Shown: positions 21,322 through 30,669 of the stretch, piece after piece
How positions within the stretch are numbered: position 1 is the first letter of the stretch
How the letters are laid out: the number at the start of each line of letters is the position of its first letter
Source: an uncultured Phycisphaerales bacterium
GTDB taxonomy: Bacteria > Planctomycetota > Phycisphaerae > Tepidisphaerales > Tepidisphaeraceae
NCBI GenBank assembly: GCA_963755915.1
Contig: CAVWLP010000003.1
Coordinates: 1,312,001-1,376,000, forward strand
Length of the DNA: 64,000 bases
Direction: 5' to 3'
Position numbers and translations under genes: made by a program
Notes under the pieces: generated by a model
Seen by the model: the letters and a program-made list of their open reading frames with translations, nothing else
Databases searched by the model: none
Told to the model about the DNA's origin: nothing

Positions 21322-21837
21322 ATTACTTTTCCGCGAAGAGGGTATTGCGGTTGGCTGGTGTTCTGTGCCGGATATTAGGGGAAAGGGGGCGGTGCGTCCA
21401 ATGGGGAGTGTGAGGGTGCAATTTTTGCAGAAATCAGGCTGGGAGGGTCGATTTAGTGATATATCGGACCTTGATGCCTACACTGGGTATGGTATGAAGT
21501 GAATGGCGATTGCCGATTGCCAAATGCCGAATACAAGAGAATTGCTAATCGGAATTTAGAAGGTGTGTGGAATTATGAGTTCGCCGGAAATGCTTGGTGG
21601 TGAAGAACGGGGTATCGACGCGATCGATTTCGCAGTCGGGTGCGTGGTCGTGAGCATTGCGCTGTTTGCGATCGTGATGGCGATTTTGAAGTATCGATAG
21701 AGCTGGCCTGAAACCAGAATTCCGAAGCCAGAATTCCGAATCAAATCAGAATACCGAATGACTGAATGGGCGAAGCCCCCGAGACGAGGAGTCGGCGGGG
21801 CATTCGTTATTTGGGCATTTGGTCATTGATTCGAGTA

Positions 21838-21898
21838 TCTGGTTTCCCTTCGACTCACTTCGCTCGCTCAGGGCGTGAGCTTGTCGAACGCGGGTTTC
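21838..21898 (+). repeat. 61-bp dispersed palindromic repeat, copy 1
   Basis: Exact reverse complement of 26740-26800; embedded in heptamer-like short repeats. Confidence 0.85.
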
Positions 21899-21933
21899 TG
21901 GTTTTTGCGTTGGGGATGGCTATTTGAGCGTGG

Positions 21934-23343
21934 GTGGATTATTTTCTGTCTGAAATGAACTCACGCATGATGGCTGGGATCGGGCTGGGACTCATCGTGA
22001 TGGCCGGGGCGGCGGCACTTGGGGATGACGGGGCAGCGGCAACAGCACAGGCTTCGTTCGGGGCCTTGGCGGCGACACCGCCGATGGGGTGGAACAGTTA
22101 CGATGCGTTTGGGGATAGCGTTACCGAAGCCGAAGTGCTGGCGAATGCGCGTTATATGCGCGACCATCTCGCTGGGCATGGGTGGAAATATGTGGTCGTG
22201 GATTTTCGATGGTATGACCCGCAGCCTACGGGCAACGACGTGCTGCTGAATACCACGCGGTTGAACGCGGCGCTTTCGATGGATGAGTTTGGGAGGCTGG
22301 TGCCGGCGCCGAATCGGTTTCCGTCATCGGTCGGGGGGAAGGGGTTTGGGCCGCTGGCGGATGAGATTCACGGGATGGGCCTGAAGCTGGGGATTCACGT
22401 GATGCGGGGAATTCCGCGAATGGCGGTGAAAGCAAATACGCTGATCGAGGCGACGGATTTCCGGGCCTGGGATGCCAGCAGCTTCGATCGGTGCCCGTGG
22501 TGTCCGGATATGTTTGGCGTGGATGTCTCCCATCCGGCCGGGCAGGCGTGGTATGACTCGATCTTCCGGCTCTATGCGAGTTGGGGCGTGGATTTTGTGA
22601 AAGTGGATGATCTTTCGTCGCCCTACCATGCGGATGAAATCGCGGCGATTCGCAAAGCGATCGATGGGTGCGGCAGGCAAATCGTTTTCAGCACCTCGCC
22701 GGGCCCTACGCCGGTGACGGATGGGAGGAACATTTCGCGGGAAGCAAACATGTGGCGGATTTCCGGCGATTTCTGGGATCACTGGGAAAAGCTGGATCAT
22801 CAGTTTGAATTGATCTCGCGCTGGCGGGGATACGGCGGGGATGGGCATTGGCCCGATGCCGACATGATTCCGTTCGGGCATCTGGGAATTCGCTCGGCAA
22901 TAGGGGGCCCGGACCGGCAGACGCGATTGACGAAGGATGAGCAGCGGACGCTGATCACGCTGTGGTGCCTGGCGCCGTCGCCGCTGATGTTCGGGGGGAA
23001 TCTGCCGGATGATGATGCGTGGACGGATTCGCTGCTGACGAATGATGAGGTGATCGCGGTGGATCAGGATTCGGCGGGGAAGCAAGCGGTGCGCATCGTG
23101 CGGGATGGGGGGAAAGAGGTTTGGGTGAAAAATTTGGCCGGCGGGGATTTGGCGGTAGGGTTGTTTAACCGCGGGGAGAATCAAGAAGCGGTGGATTTTC
23201 AGGCGCAGGATTTAAAAGTTCCGGCGAAGGCTTTGGTTCGAGATTTGTGGCAGCATAAGGACCTGGGGAATGCCGGGGAGCAGATGACAATCGCGGTGCC
23301 GGGGCACGGGGCGGTGATGTTAAGAGTGACCGCGGCGAAATAG
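21934..23343 (+). CDS. Glycoside hydrolase family 27 (alpha-galactosidase-like)
   Basis: TPPMGWNS, WGVDFVKVDD, NMWRISGDFWD and WPDADM motifs. Confidence 0.92.
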   Translation: MDYFLSEMNSRMMAGIGLGLIVMAGAAALGDDGAAATAQASFGALAATPPMGWNSYDAFGDSVTEAEVLANARYMRDHLAGHGWKYVVVDFRWYDPQPTGNDVLLNTTRLNAALSMDEFGRLVPAPNRFPSSVGGKGFGPLADEIHGMGLKLGIHVMRGIPRMAVKANTLIEATDFRAWDASSFDRCPWCPDMFGVDVSHPAGQAWYDSIFRLYASWGVDFVKVDDLSSPYHADEIAAIRKAIDGCGRQIVFSTSPGPTPVTDGRNISREANMWRISGDFWDHWEKLDHQFELISRWRGYGGDGHWPDADMIPFGHLGIRSAIGGPDRQTRLTKDEQRTLITLWCLAPSPLMFGGNLPDDDAWTDSLLTNDEVIAVDQDSAGKQAVRIVRDGGKEVWVKNLAGGDLAVGLFNRGENQEAVDFQAQDLKVPAKALVRDLWQHKDLGNAGEQMTIAVPGHGAVMLRVTAAK

Positions 23344-23432
23344 TTCAGCTCTGAAATTTCAAATTAACATTTATTTTTGTATTTCTTGCGCTCTTGGCGT
23401 CTTAAGCGAAGCGGGCGGTTATATAGCTTCTG

Positions 23433-23498
23433 GTGCCGCCGGTGTCCCCACCGGCGGTTATGGGCGGGCGATTCCGCCGGTGAGGACACCGGCGGCAC
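23433..23498. repeat. REP-doublet-like inverted repeat
   Basis: 25-bp arms matching at 24/25 (GTGCCGCCGGTGTCCYCACCGGCGG), each internally palindromic, between convergent genes. Confidence 0.7.
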
Positions 23499-23558
23499 TG
23501 AATAATTTGTATACTCCACTACGCCAAGAAATAAATGCAATTCATTGTGTTGTTGTTT

Positions 23559-24250
23559 TTATCTGGCAAGCAGTGCCGCGATATGCGCAAGAAAGCGGTC
23601 GATTGCTGGCGCCCAATCGATGGCAAGCCGGTGGACGTAGAGGGCGGTGATGGCGCCGGTGAAGACGTCCATGGTGTAGTGGGCGCGGAGGAGCAGGACG
23701 ACGGAGATTTCGAAGAGGGCGAAGGTTAGGCCGAGGATAATTCCAGCGGGGCCGAGCGTCGACGCGAGCGTCGCGGCGGCGTAGACAGCGATGGCGGTGT
23801 GGCCGGAGAAGAAAAGGTCGGTGGAGGTGCCGTAGGTGACGAAGAGCGTGGGGACGCCGGTCTTTCGCCAGATCATTCCCGGCGGCGGAGGGAGGGGACA
23901 GAAGAATTGGCAGAGCTGCGCAGCGCGAAGATGATGAAGAGGCCGAGGAAGGGCTGAATGCTCGAGCCCAGGAGTGCTGACGCGAGGAGATAGATTCCCA
24001 GAGCGTCGATGACGGCGGAGCTGGAGATAAGCAGAAAATTGGCGCGAGGGGAATTCCAGCAGCCGGCGATTGATGGGGGCAGTGAGGCGGTGCAGGGCGT
24101 CGCAAATCGCGGCTTCGGGAGGGAGGAGAATGGGGGTACGCCGGCCGAGCAGGGCCTGGGTCCAGAACCAGATGCCAAGAGCGACGGCGATGGCGCAGCG
24201 CGGGTGAGAACCAGCGGAAATGAGATGGATGCAATGGTTGTTACGTTCAC
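23559..24250 (-). CDS. PAP2-superfamily, sphingomyelin-synthase-like membrane protein (frameshifted)
   Basis: DLFFSGHT and RAHYTMDV motifs; the N-terminal TM part is in other frames. Confidence 0.7.
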
Positions 24251-25452
24251 GGGGATTTATCGGAAGTGTTTTCGATTCCGAGCATGGATTTGAGCTGCGA
24301 TTCGATCTGGCTCATGAGCGGATCATCGGATCCGCGCGCTTTGCGCGATGGGGAGACTTCAATGGCTTCGCCGACGGTGATGGTGGCGTGAAGCTCCCCG
24401 TGCACGGTGACGGCATCGGTGAGATCTTCCTCGAAGCGCTCGACGGTTTCGAGAATGCGCATCGGCGAGGGGTTGGAACGGACGTAATCGGGTGGATAGT
24501 GGAAAAGCTGCTGGGCGAGGTAAAGGTCGGCAAGCTGGGTCCAGCGGCGATGCCGCTCGGCGTCGTCGATCTCGTTCTTGGTCATGTCGGGTAAGATCGC
24601 GGAGCGAAGACGCTTCACGCGCGTGGGGACAGAGCCTTCGCGGTTGCCGTTGACCCATTGCGATTCGAGGGGCGCCAGAATTGAATCGATCAGGGCGGCA
24701 AGGCGCGGGCCCACGTCGCCATTTTTGGATTCGCCCAGGTATTCGAGCTCCTTGAGGGCCAGCAAGGCGCTGCCGGTTTTATAGATGCGCTCGACGAGCG
24801 GAAGATTGCGCTGTTTTCGCCAGGTGAGGCGGGCTTCGATCTGGTCGAGCATCGCGTGCATTTCCGGCTCGATGTTGCCCTGGACCTGGTAGTGAATGGC
24901 GATCGGATGGACGACGACTTTTTTCGGGGGCTCGAGCTTGGCGCGCTTTTTGGCGGCCGAGCGGGCGATGAGAGCGGTGCCTTCGAGAAGCTCGTTGAGA
25001 TGCTGGTTGGTGCGGGAAACGATGCCTTCCGGGAAAATCACCAGAGGGTGCGCGGCGGATTCGAGGATCTCGACGGAAGTGTTGACGGCCGTGCGGTCGA
25101 TCCCTTCACGATAAATGCTGAACGCGCCCGCCCGGCGGAGAATGAAGGCGTGGAAGCGGCCCTGCATGAAGAGGTGCCAGCTTGCCAGGATGAAGAACGG
25201 AGAGTGAACGGCCCGGGAGAGGAAGCCCATCACGAAGGGGTCTTCGTCGCGCGAGTGGTTGGGGGTGAGGAGGATGCCGTGATTTTCGCGGAGGGATTGG
25301 GCGAGCCGGTCGGCGTGGAGGCAATCGACTTTGGTGATGCCAAATTTATTTTTGAGGAGATGGGGGACGTAGAGGGTGAGGAGCCCGGGCCAGAGGTTGC
25401 CGCGGTATGGGGGGACGGGGACGTAGGGTTTGTCGATGATGATGTTTTGCAT
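24247..25452 (-). CDS. PlsC-type glycerolipid acyltransferase
   Basis: NHSRDED (HX4D), GAFSIYRE and VIFPEG motifs; start refined to MQNIIIDKPY. Confidence 0.85.
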   Translation of the reverse strand: MQNIIIDKPYVPVPPYRGNLWPGLLTLYVPHLLKNKFGITKVDCLHADRLAQSLRENHGILLTPNHSRDEDPFVMGFLSRAVHSPFFILASWHLFMQGRFHAFILRRAGAFSIYREGIDRTAVNTSVEILESAAHPLVIFPEGIVSRTNQHLNELLEGTALIARSAAKKRAKLEPPKKVVVHPIAIHYQVQGNIEPEMHAMLDQIEARLTWRKQRNLPLVERIYKTGSALLALKELEYLGESKNGDVGPRLAALIDSILAPLESQWVNGNREGSVPTRVKRLRSAILPDMTKNEIDDAERHRRWTQLADLYLAQQLFHYPPDYVRSNPSPMRILETVERFEEDLTDAVTVHGELHATITVGEAIEVSPSRKARGSDDPLMSQIESQLKSMLGIENTSDKSP

Positions 25453-25727
25453 ATCGAAGTGGGTGATAGAGTGAAGGGGAGAGGAGGCGGCGTCAAATTT
25501 TGGAGGCAGTTGCAAATGTTGATTTGAATGTGCGGGACCGCCGGTGTGAGGGACAGGGGGAAGATTTTTTTCGGTTACGGCTTTCGTGACGAGAAGAGGC
25601 GGGAGCTCGTATATCACATCCGGCTCCGCCGCCGGGCACATGGCTGGGCTGATGACGTTCGGGGCGGCGTTGAGGTGCTGGGCTGGAGTGGCCGCCGGCG
25701 AAATCTCGCGAGTGAGAGAAAGCACCA

Positions 25728-26666
25728 TCAAGGCGCAAGCAGGTAAATGTTGGCGAGGTCTTTCGCGGAAATCATGTGCGTTTCGACATGCCCGTCCGCG
25801 AAGCCGACGTTGATTTTTCCCTAGTGTCGGATCGGGTCGAAGTTTTGCGGGTCGCCGGCAAGGGAATCGCCGGTGAGCGCGTCGGCCAGGGTGACGGGGC
25901 CGGTGGGGACTTTATTGTAGACGGTGCTGAAATTGATCTGGTTGGAGATAGTGCTGAAGTGGGCGTCGGTCGATCGGGTGATGTCGCCGCCGAGGCCGTC
26001 GGCGAGGAGCATGGTTTGGGACGGGGCGCGGATCGAGGTAATGAGCCCGCGCTTGCGGCCGAAGTTGTCGTCCCAGCCGAGGACGGCTTCGTTATAAATA
26101 AAGCTCTGGGTTTCCTGCCAGATGATGTCGACATTGCCAGAGCCGTAGGTTGTGGTGGGATTTCCCATGTAGAGGCCCGGCCCGCCGATGGGGCCAGGGT
26201 CGGGGAGATGGGAGGGGCAGCGGAAGATGCGCAGGAACCCCTGCGGGTCGGCCTGGGCGATGTTGAGATCGTTCACGCTTTGGGCCAGGCCGATGCGGTT
26301 GTCGCCGACGTCGGAGGCGAACGAGGCGGTGAAGCACATGAGAGCGTCGTTGACGCTCAGCACGGTGAAGTTGAGGTAGTTGTAGCGGACGCGCAGCGGG
26401 TCATTGAGTCCGGCCGCGTTGGTTTCCGTCACCGAGAGCAGGCCGACGAGCGGAACGTAGCCTTGGTGCGTGTCGGCGTGATTGTGGACGAGATTAAGGA
26501 TCTGGTGGATCTGCGAAGAGCACTGGATTCGCTGGGCCGCACGCTGGGCGCCGGTGAGGGGGGGGAAGAGCATCGCGATGAGAATGACGATGATGGCGAT
26601 GACGACGAGGAGCTCGACGAGAGAGAAGGCGGGGGAGATTCTAGTTCGATTGGATTGGTCGGCCAT
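25728..26666 (-). CDS. Prepilin-type N-methylation / H-X9-DG (DUF1559-like) protein with an internal TAG
   Basis: [14 protein letters not shown]; the frame continues past TAG (25821-25823) as GKINVGFADGHVETHMISAKDLANIYLLAP. Confidence 0.8.
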
Positions 26667-26739
26667 ATTCAGACCCGGGAAATGACCGTGTGGCGGGAGA
26701 GAAATTAGATCGGGCCGGCCAATGGGTCAAGGAAAATCC

Positions 26740-26800
26740 GAAACCCGCGTTCGACAAGCTCACGCCCTGAGCGAGCGAAGTGAGTCGAAGGGAAACCAGA
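26740..26800 (-). repeat. 61-bp dispersed palindromic repeat, copy 2
   Basis: Exact reverse complement of 21838-21898. Confidence 0.85.
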
Positions 26801-26961
26801 AATCCGAATCAATGACGAATGACGAAATCCGAATTGAGACCTTTGAAAAACCGTCCACCAATCCCAAATAAAACCCGGCGCGGCGACTTCACTCGCCGTG
26901 TCTTCGAAAAGTTGAGGATTTGCTGAAACTGATCGATTCAGGCGCGGTAAAATCTACGGCG

Positions 26962-27516
26962 ATGAAGCAATTCACCCGATGGCTTTTCCGCGGACTCGCT
27001 GCAATCTCGCTGATTCTTTGCATCGTTATTATTGCGCTGGGCATCAGAAGCCATTGGGCCGCCGATTCTGCCGCTGTTTGGGGCAAACCATCCGCCGCGG
27101 GGCAAGTCGATGATGGGTGCATGGTTCGAATTACCTCTTTTCAGGGGAGCATGGAGATTCGACAAACATACCTGCTATGGATAAAGGATGTCAGCTTCTC
27201 AGGCGAACCGGTGCCGGACCGATCACGATCCTTTGGATTTCCAGGATTCCGTTGGCAAACCTCCTGGTTTGGCCCGTCATTGCTGGAATATCCCGGCAAA
27301 TATGATGGGACGACGCGAACGCTCCGTGTGAGTGATTGGTTGCTGGTGCCTGTCACTGCGATCTTGCCGATCATTGGCCTGTTCCGCTGGCTCAAACGCG
27401 ATCGTTTTGCCGCGGATTGCTGTCAGAAATGCGGGTACGATCTTCGCGCCACGCCGGAACGATGTCCGGAATGTGGGACCATCCAGCCGCCGAAAAAAGA
27501 GATTGCCGCGAGCTGA
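26962..27516 (+). CDS. Membrane protein with C-terminal zinc ribbon, array member A1
   Basis: MKQFTRWLFRGLAAISL TM segment, second TM segment, CQKCGYDLRATPERCPECG. Confidence 0.85.
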   Translation: MKQFTRWLFRGLAAISLILCIVIIALGIRSHWAADSAAVWGKPSAAGQVDDGCMVRITSFQGSMEIRQTYLLWIKDVSFSGEPVPDRSRSFGFPGFRWQTSWFGPSLLEYPGKYDGTTRTLRVSDWLLVPVTAILPIIGLFRWLKRDRFAADCCQKCGYDLRATPERCPECGTIQPPKKEIAAS

Positions 27517-27658
27517 ATCATCCCACAACGTCACGTTGCACTTCATGTACTACAACTATTGCCGGATTCACCAGACGCTTCGCGTCACACCGGCGATGCA
27601 AGCCGGGCTGGCCGATCATGTTTGGGAGCTTGAGGGATTAGTGAACCTTTTGGGCTAA
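27517..27658 (+). repeat. Scaffold repeat X1, resembling an IS1-family transposase 3' tail
   Basis: Translates as TLHFMYYNYCRIHQTLRVTPAMQAGLADHVWELEGLV; near copy at 28717-28859. Confidence 0.8.
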
Positions 27659-27679
27659 GCGATACGCCGTATCTCGCGA

Positions 27680-27970
27680 CTAGAGTTCGTCGCCTCCTAT
27701 TCTAGATTCGTAAAATCCGATGGCAATCGCCCCAAAAAGACATGGCGGAAATATATCCCATGCGATTTTCTCGCACCACAAATTAACGACCCAATCCTGC
27801 CTTGAAACCTCAGTGTATTTCCCGTGGTCAACGACATAAAAGCGACCATTCTGTACCCTTCCAGATTCGGCGCTGCCGCCCATGAGTATGTCTGCAAGAA
27901 CAAACGGCAGGAAGGACAAAATTGCCGCCGCAAAAAACATTTCCCTTATTCGAGTTAGCCTTTTCTTCAC
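27680..27970 (-). CDS. Small two-TM hypothetical protein, array payload P1
   Basis: 96-aa, AT-richer ORF lying between repeat X1 and a TIR-like end. Confidence 0.6.
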   Translation of the reverse strand: MKKRLTRIREMFFAAAILSFLPFVLADILMGGSAESGRVQNGRFYVVDHGKYTEVSRQDWVVNLWCEKIAWDIFPPCLFGAIAIGFYESRIGGDEL

Positions 27971-28013
27971 GCCAGAAAATATACATCAAAATCAACGTGG
28001 AAATTAAATTTTA

Positions 28014-28172
28014 ATTCAAACCGACCCACTACCGAATTCCAGGGAAACCCGACAGGCGACCAATCGCCGCGTGATTGCGGGCAGCCGGGAACGGCAGGCG
28101 AAAGAGGCGCAACGCGAGGGTTGCACAGAACATGTCTGGGAGACTGAGGAATTGGTGGGGCTTATCGACTGA
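28014..28172 (+). repeat. TIR-like end plus scaffold repeat B1
   Basis: ATTCAAACCGACCCACTACC, then about 140 bp ending in EHVWETEELVGLID*; near copy at 29446-29604, 3' part also at 26911-26953. Confidence 0.8.
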
Positions 28173-28193
28173 GGCGGGGTAGAATTACCGCGA

Positions 28194-28716
28194 ATGAAAC
28201 GGTTCCGCCGCCGGCAGTTCAACGCGCTAAGTGGGATGTCGTTGGTGCTGCTGGCGGTAACGCTGTCAATGTGGCTTTTGGGGCCAACAAAAGTCTATTG
28301 GAACTGGGCCGGCAGCGGTGGAAATCTGCAATTCTTCGCCAGGACAATCGTCTACTCGCGCGGCAACTATTTTAGTCAACCGGGGGGGCGCTCGCCCCAA
28401 TCAGGCCGTTGACTATTGGATCGCCGGATACACGCATCGTTCCGGAGTGTTTCCAGAAAACTACGATATCCGCAAACAGGGCTGGGTTGGGTTCAACGCC
28501 GATGAATGGTGGATAAGCCTGCCTTGGGTGGCAGTGCTGACGGCCTTGCTCCCTTTGGTTTTGCTCCTTGATGCGCATTTGAAATACACGCGGTGGAGGA
28601 CGATGCGCCGATCGGGTCGCTGTTCTAATTGCGGCTACGATCTTCGCGCCACGCCGGATCGATGCCCCGAATGCGGGACGATTCCATCGCCGAAAAAAGT
28701 GATCGCCGCGAGCTTA
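28194..28716 (+). CDS. Zinc-ribbon membrane protein A2 (frameshift near 28385; stop changed TGA to TTA)
   Basis: MKRFRRRQFNALSGMSL..; CSNCGYDLRATPDRCPECG in the 28318 frame. Confidence 0.75.
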
Positions 28717-28859
28717 ATCATCCCCAAAACGTCACGTTGCACTTCATGCACTTTAACTACTGCCGGGTTCACCAGACGCTTCGCGTTACACCAGCGATGC
28801 AAGCCGGGCTGGGCGATCATGTTTGGGAGATTGAGGAGCTGGTAACGCTTCTGGATTAA
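28717..28859 (+). repeat. Scaffold repeat X2 (IS1-like transposase tail)
   Basis: TLHFMHFNYCRVHQTLRVTPAMQAGLGDHVWEIEELVTLLD*; starts exactly 1200 bp after X1. Confidence 0.8.
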
Positions 28860-28879
28860 CGCCCCGTTAGAATGTCAGC

Positions 28880-29446
28880 GTGAAACGCCGCTTATTCAAT
28901 GTGATGGCGGGGCTGTCGCTGGTGCTTGCGTTCGTTGTATGCATTCAGTGGTATCGCGGCTACCAAGAACAGGATCAATTGTCGATCCGGCGTTATGTCG
29001 GGGTGCGCGAACATCCGACCCAAGAGCAATTCGGTGTCGTTTGCTGCCAAGGGGCGTTCTGGTTCTATGCAAGCTGGCAGCGGTCCGACACAATAAACGC
29101 TGCGCCTTCATTGCTTGTCGAATGGCAGCAGCAGCTAGACCTTGGCTGGCGCGTGCGCATCAGAACCTACATCAACCCCATCTATCCTTCGTTTCGCACC
29201 GGATGGATTAACAGATTTGGCTTTCACGCTTCCCACGACAACCGTGCCGTCAATGTCCTGATCCCCATGTGGTTTTGTGCATGTTGCACAATCGCCTTGC
29301 CATTAGCTTGGATACTCTTTGCTCGAAGCCGTGTCCTTCGGGGGCATTACCCTGGAGCAAAGCCCTGCCCGCAATGTGGGTATGACCTTCGCGCCACGCC
29401 TGATCGCTGTCCGGAGTGTGGAAAATCCCCCGATAAAACTATTTAA
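28880..29446 (+). CDS. Zinc-ribbon membrane protein A3
   Basis: MKRRLFNVMAGLSL..IPMWF..CPQCGYDLRATPDRCPECG. Confidence 0.87.
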   Translation: MKRRLFNVMAGLSLVLAFVVCIQWYRGYQEQDQLSIRRYVGVREHPTQEQFGVVCCQGAFWFYASWQRSDTINAAPSLLVEWQQQLDLGWRVRIRTYINPIYPSFRTGWINRFGFHASHDNRAVNVLIPMWFCACCTIALPLAWILFARSRVLRGHYPGAKPCPQCGYDLRATPDRCPECGKSPDKTI

Positions 29447-29604
29447 TTTCAAACTGCCCACTACCGAATTCCGGAGAAACTTGACAGGCGACAAATCGCC
29501 GCGTGATTGCGGGCAGCCGGGAACGGCAGGCGAAAGAGGCGTGACGCGAGGGCTGCACAGAACATGTTTGTGAGATTGAGGAATTGCTGAAGCTGATCGA
29601 CTGA
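29446..29604 (+). repeat. TIR-like end plus scaffold repeat B2
   Basis: ATTTCAAACTGCCCACTACC followed by a near copy of B1, offset 1432 bp. Confidence 0.8.
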
Positions 29605-29678
29605 CGCGCGGTACAATTTCCAGCCGATCAACTGCGTTCTACATTCGTTCCGGATTTAAGAGCCGGCTCGGAGGAACG

Positions 29679-30017
29679 GTGAAATCGCACATACGCCACG
29701 AAATTGTCAATTTGGTTCTCGCCATCCCGATACTCGTGATTTCAGTCTGGATCGGATCGGAGACGCCGGATTTGCTCAATCCTTTTAATCACGGTTATAT
29801 GCCGGATCTGTGGATTCTGGTGCTTCCGGCACTCCTTGCGTCAGCAGGGATTGTGGTAAATAACCTCTTGGCCATCATAATCTATTTTTATCAAGGAACT
29901 CCGCGCCAGCCGTCAACGGCATGCTCCCAATGCGGCTACGACCTCCGCGCCACGCCCGACCGTTGCCCGGAATGCGGAACAATCCCACCCCCGAAAAAAG
30001 AGATTGTCGCGACGTGA
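29679..30017 (+). CDS. Zinc-ribbon membrane protein A4
   Basis: Two TM segments then CSQCGYDLRATPDRCPECGTIPPPKKEIVAT; GGAGG RBS. Confidence 0.82.
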   Translation: MKSHIRHEIVNLVLAIPILVISVWIGSETPDLLNPFNHGYMPDLWILVLPALLASAGIVVNNLLAIIIYFYQGTPRQPSTACSQCGYDLRATPDRCPECGTIPPPKKEIVAT

Positions 30018-30030
30018 ATCACGTCCACGC

Positions 30031-30439
30031 TCAGGCAGTCTGCGCGAGCAGGGCGTTGAATCCGGCTTGGGTAAAATGGCGATCGCCCGTGAGCGCATCT
30101 GTCAGGCCCTGGCGCTGCATTGTTACGAACGACGTGCAATCGGTCAGGCTCCAGGATTGATCGGCTCGAGCACGGAACAAATCGGCCGCGGATTGAAATA
30201 ACTCCTGTGATGGCGGAATCAGTTGGCAAAGCGGATCGCTGTCAAAGCGATCCAGGAGCCCAACGAATATGGCTCGATCGCGCGGGGCTGAAAGCCCGTC
30301 ACCCACTTCCGTAAACACCACGCAGTTGTGACAATCAGACCTTCGTAAGTTTGTGAGAATTCGCGAGCCGCGCCGTGAGCGGCGTCGCGCGGGTTCAACA
30401 GTGCGAAAAATAATAGCTGTCGGCAAAGACCGCCTTCAC
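30031..30439 (-). CDS. PIN-domain (VapC-like) toxin, frameshifted
   Basis: GTG start KAVFADSYYF.., WSLTDCTSFVTM..ALTGDRHFTQAGF. Confidence 0.85.
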
Positions 30440-30669
30440 TTCTTCTCCCGACCATGAAGGTAGTGATCATGATTCTCAGCCATGTCCGCTGGAAGATCGG
30501 GGCATGATCCGACAAGGTTCCCGAACCGCTCGAGCAATGTGCTCGCCGGCTGGGGATCGGTGCTCGGCCGCGGAGGTTGGACTGCAACCTCCACCTCCGC
30601 ACCCTCAGGTAACTGGACCGCCTGATCCAATACGACCACGCCGTTCTTGATATGGCCTCGATAGGTCAT
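30436..30669 (-). CDS. Putative antitoxin
   Basis: MTYRGHIKNGVVVL..LPEGAEV..DLPADMAENHDHYLHG; stop overlaps the PIN gene start. Confidence 0.8.
   Translation of the reverse strand: MTYRGHIKNGVVVLDQAVQLPEGAEVEVAVQPPRPSTDPQPASTLLERFGNLVGSCPDLPADMAENHDHYLHGREKK

Noticed and set aside
26911-30025. Classical integron with attC sites
   Set aside because: No intI is present and there are no consistent RYYYAAC...GTTRRRY sites with internal symmetry. The TAAC..GTTAG at 28857-28870 is too short and is not repeated.
26911-30025. Diversity-generating retroelement
   Set aside because: No reverse transcriptase in the window, and differences between repeats are not adenine-specific.
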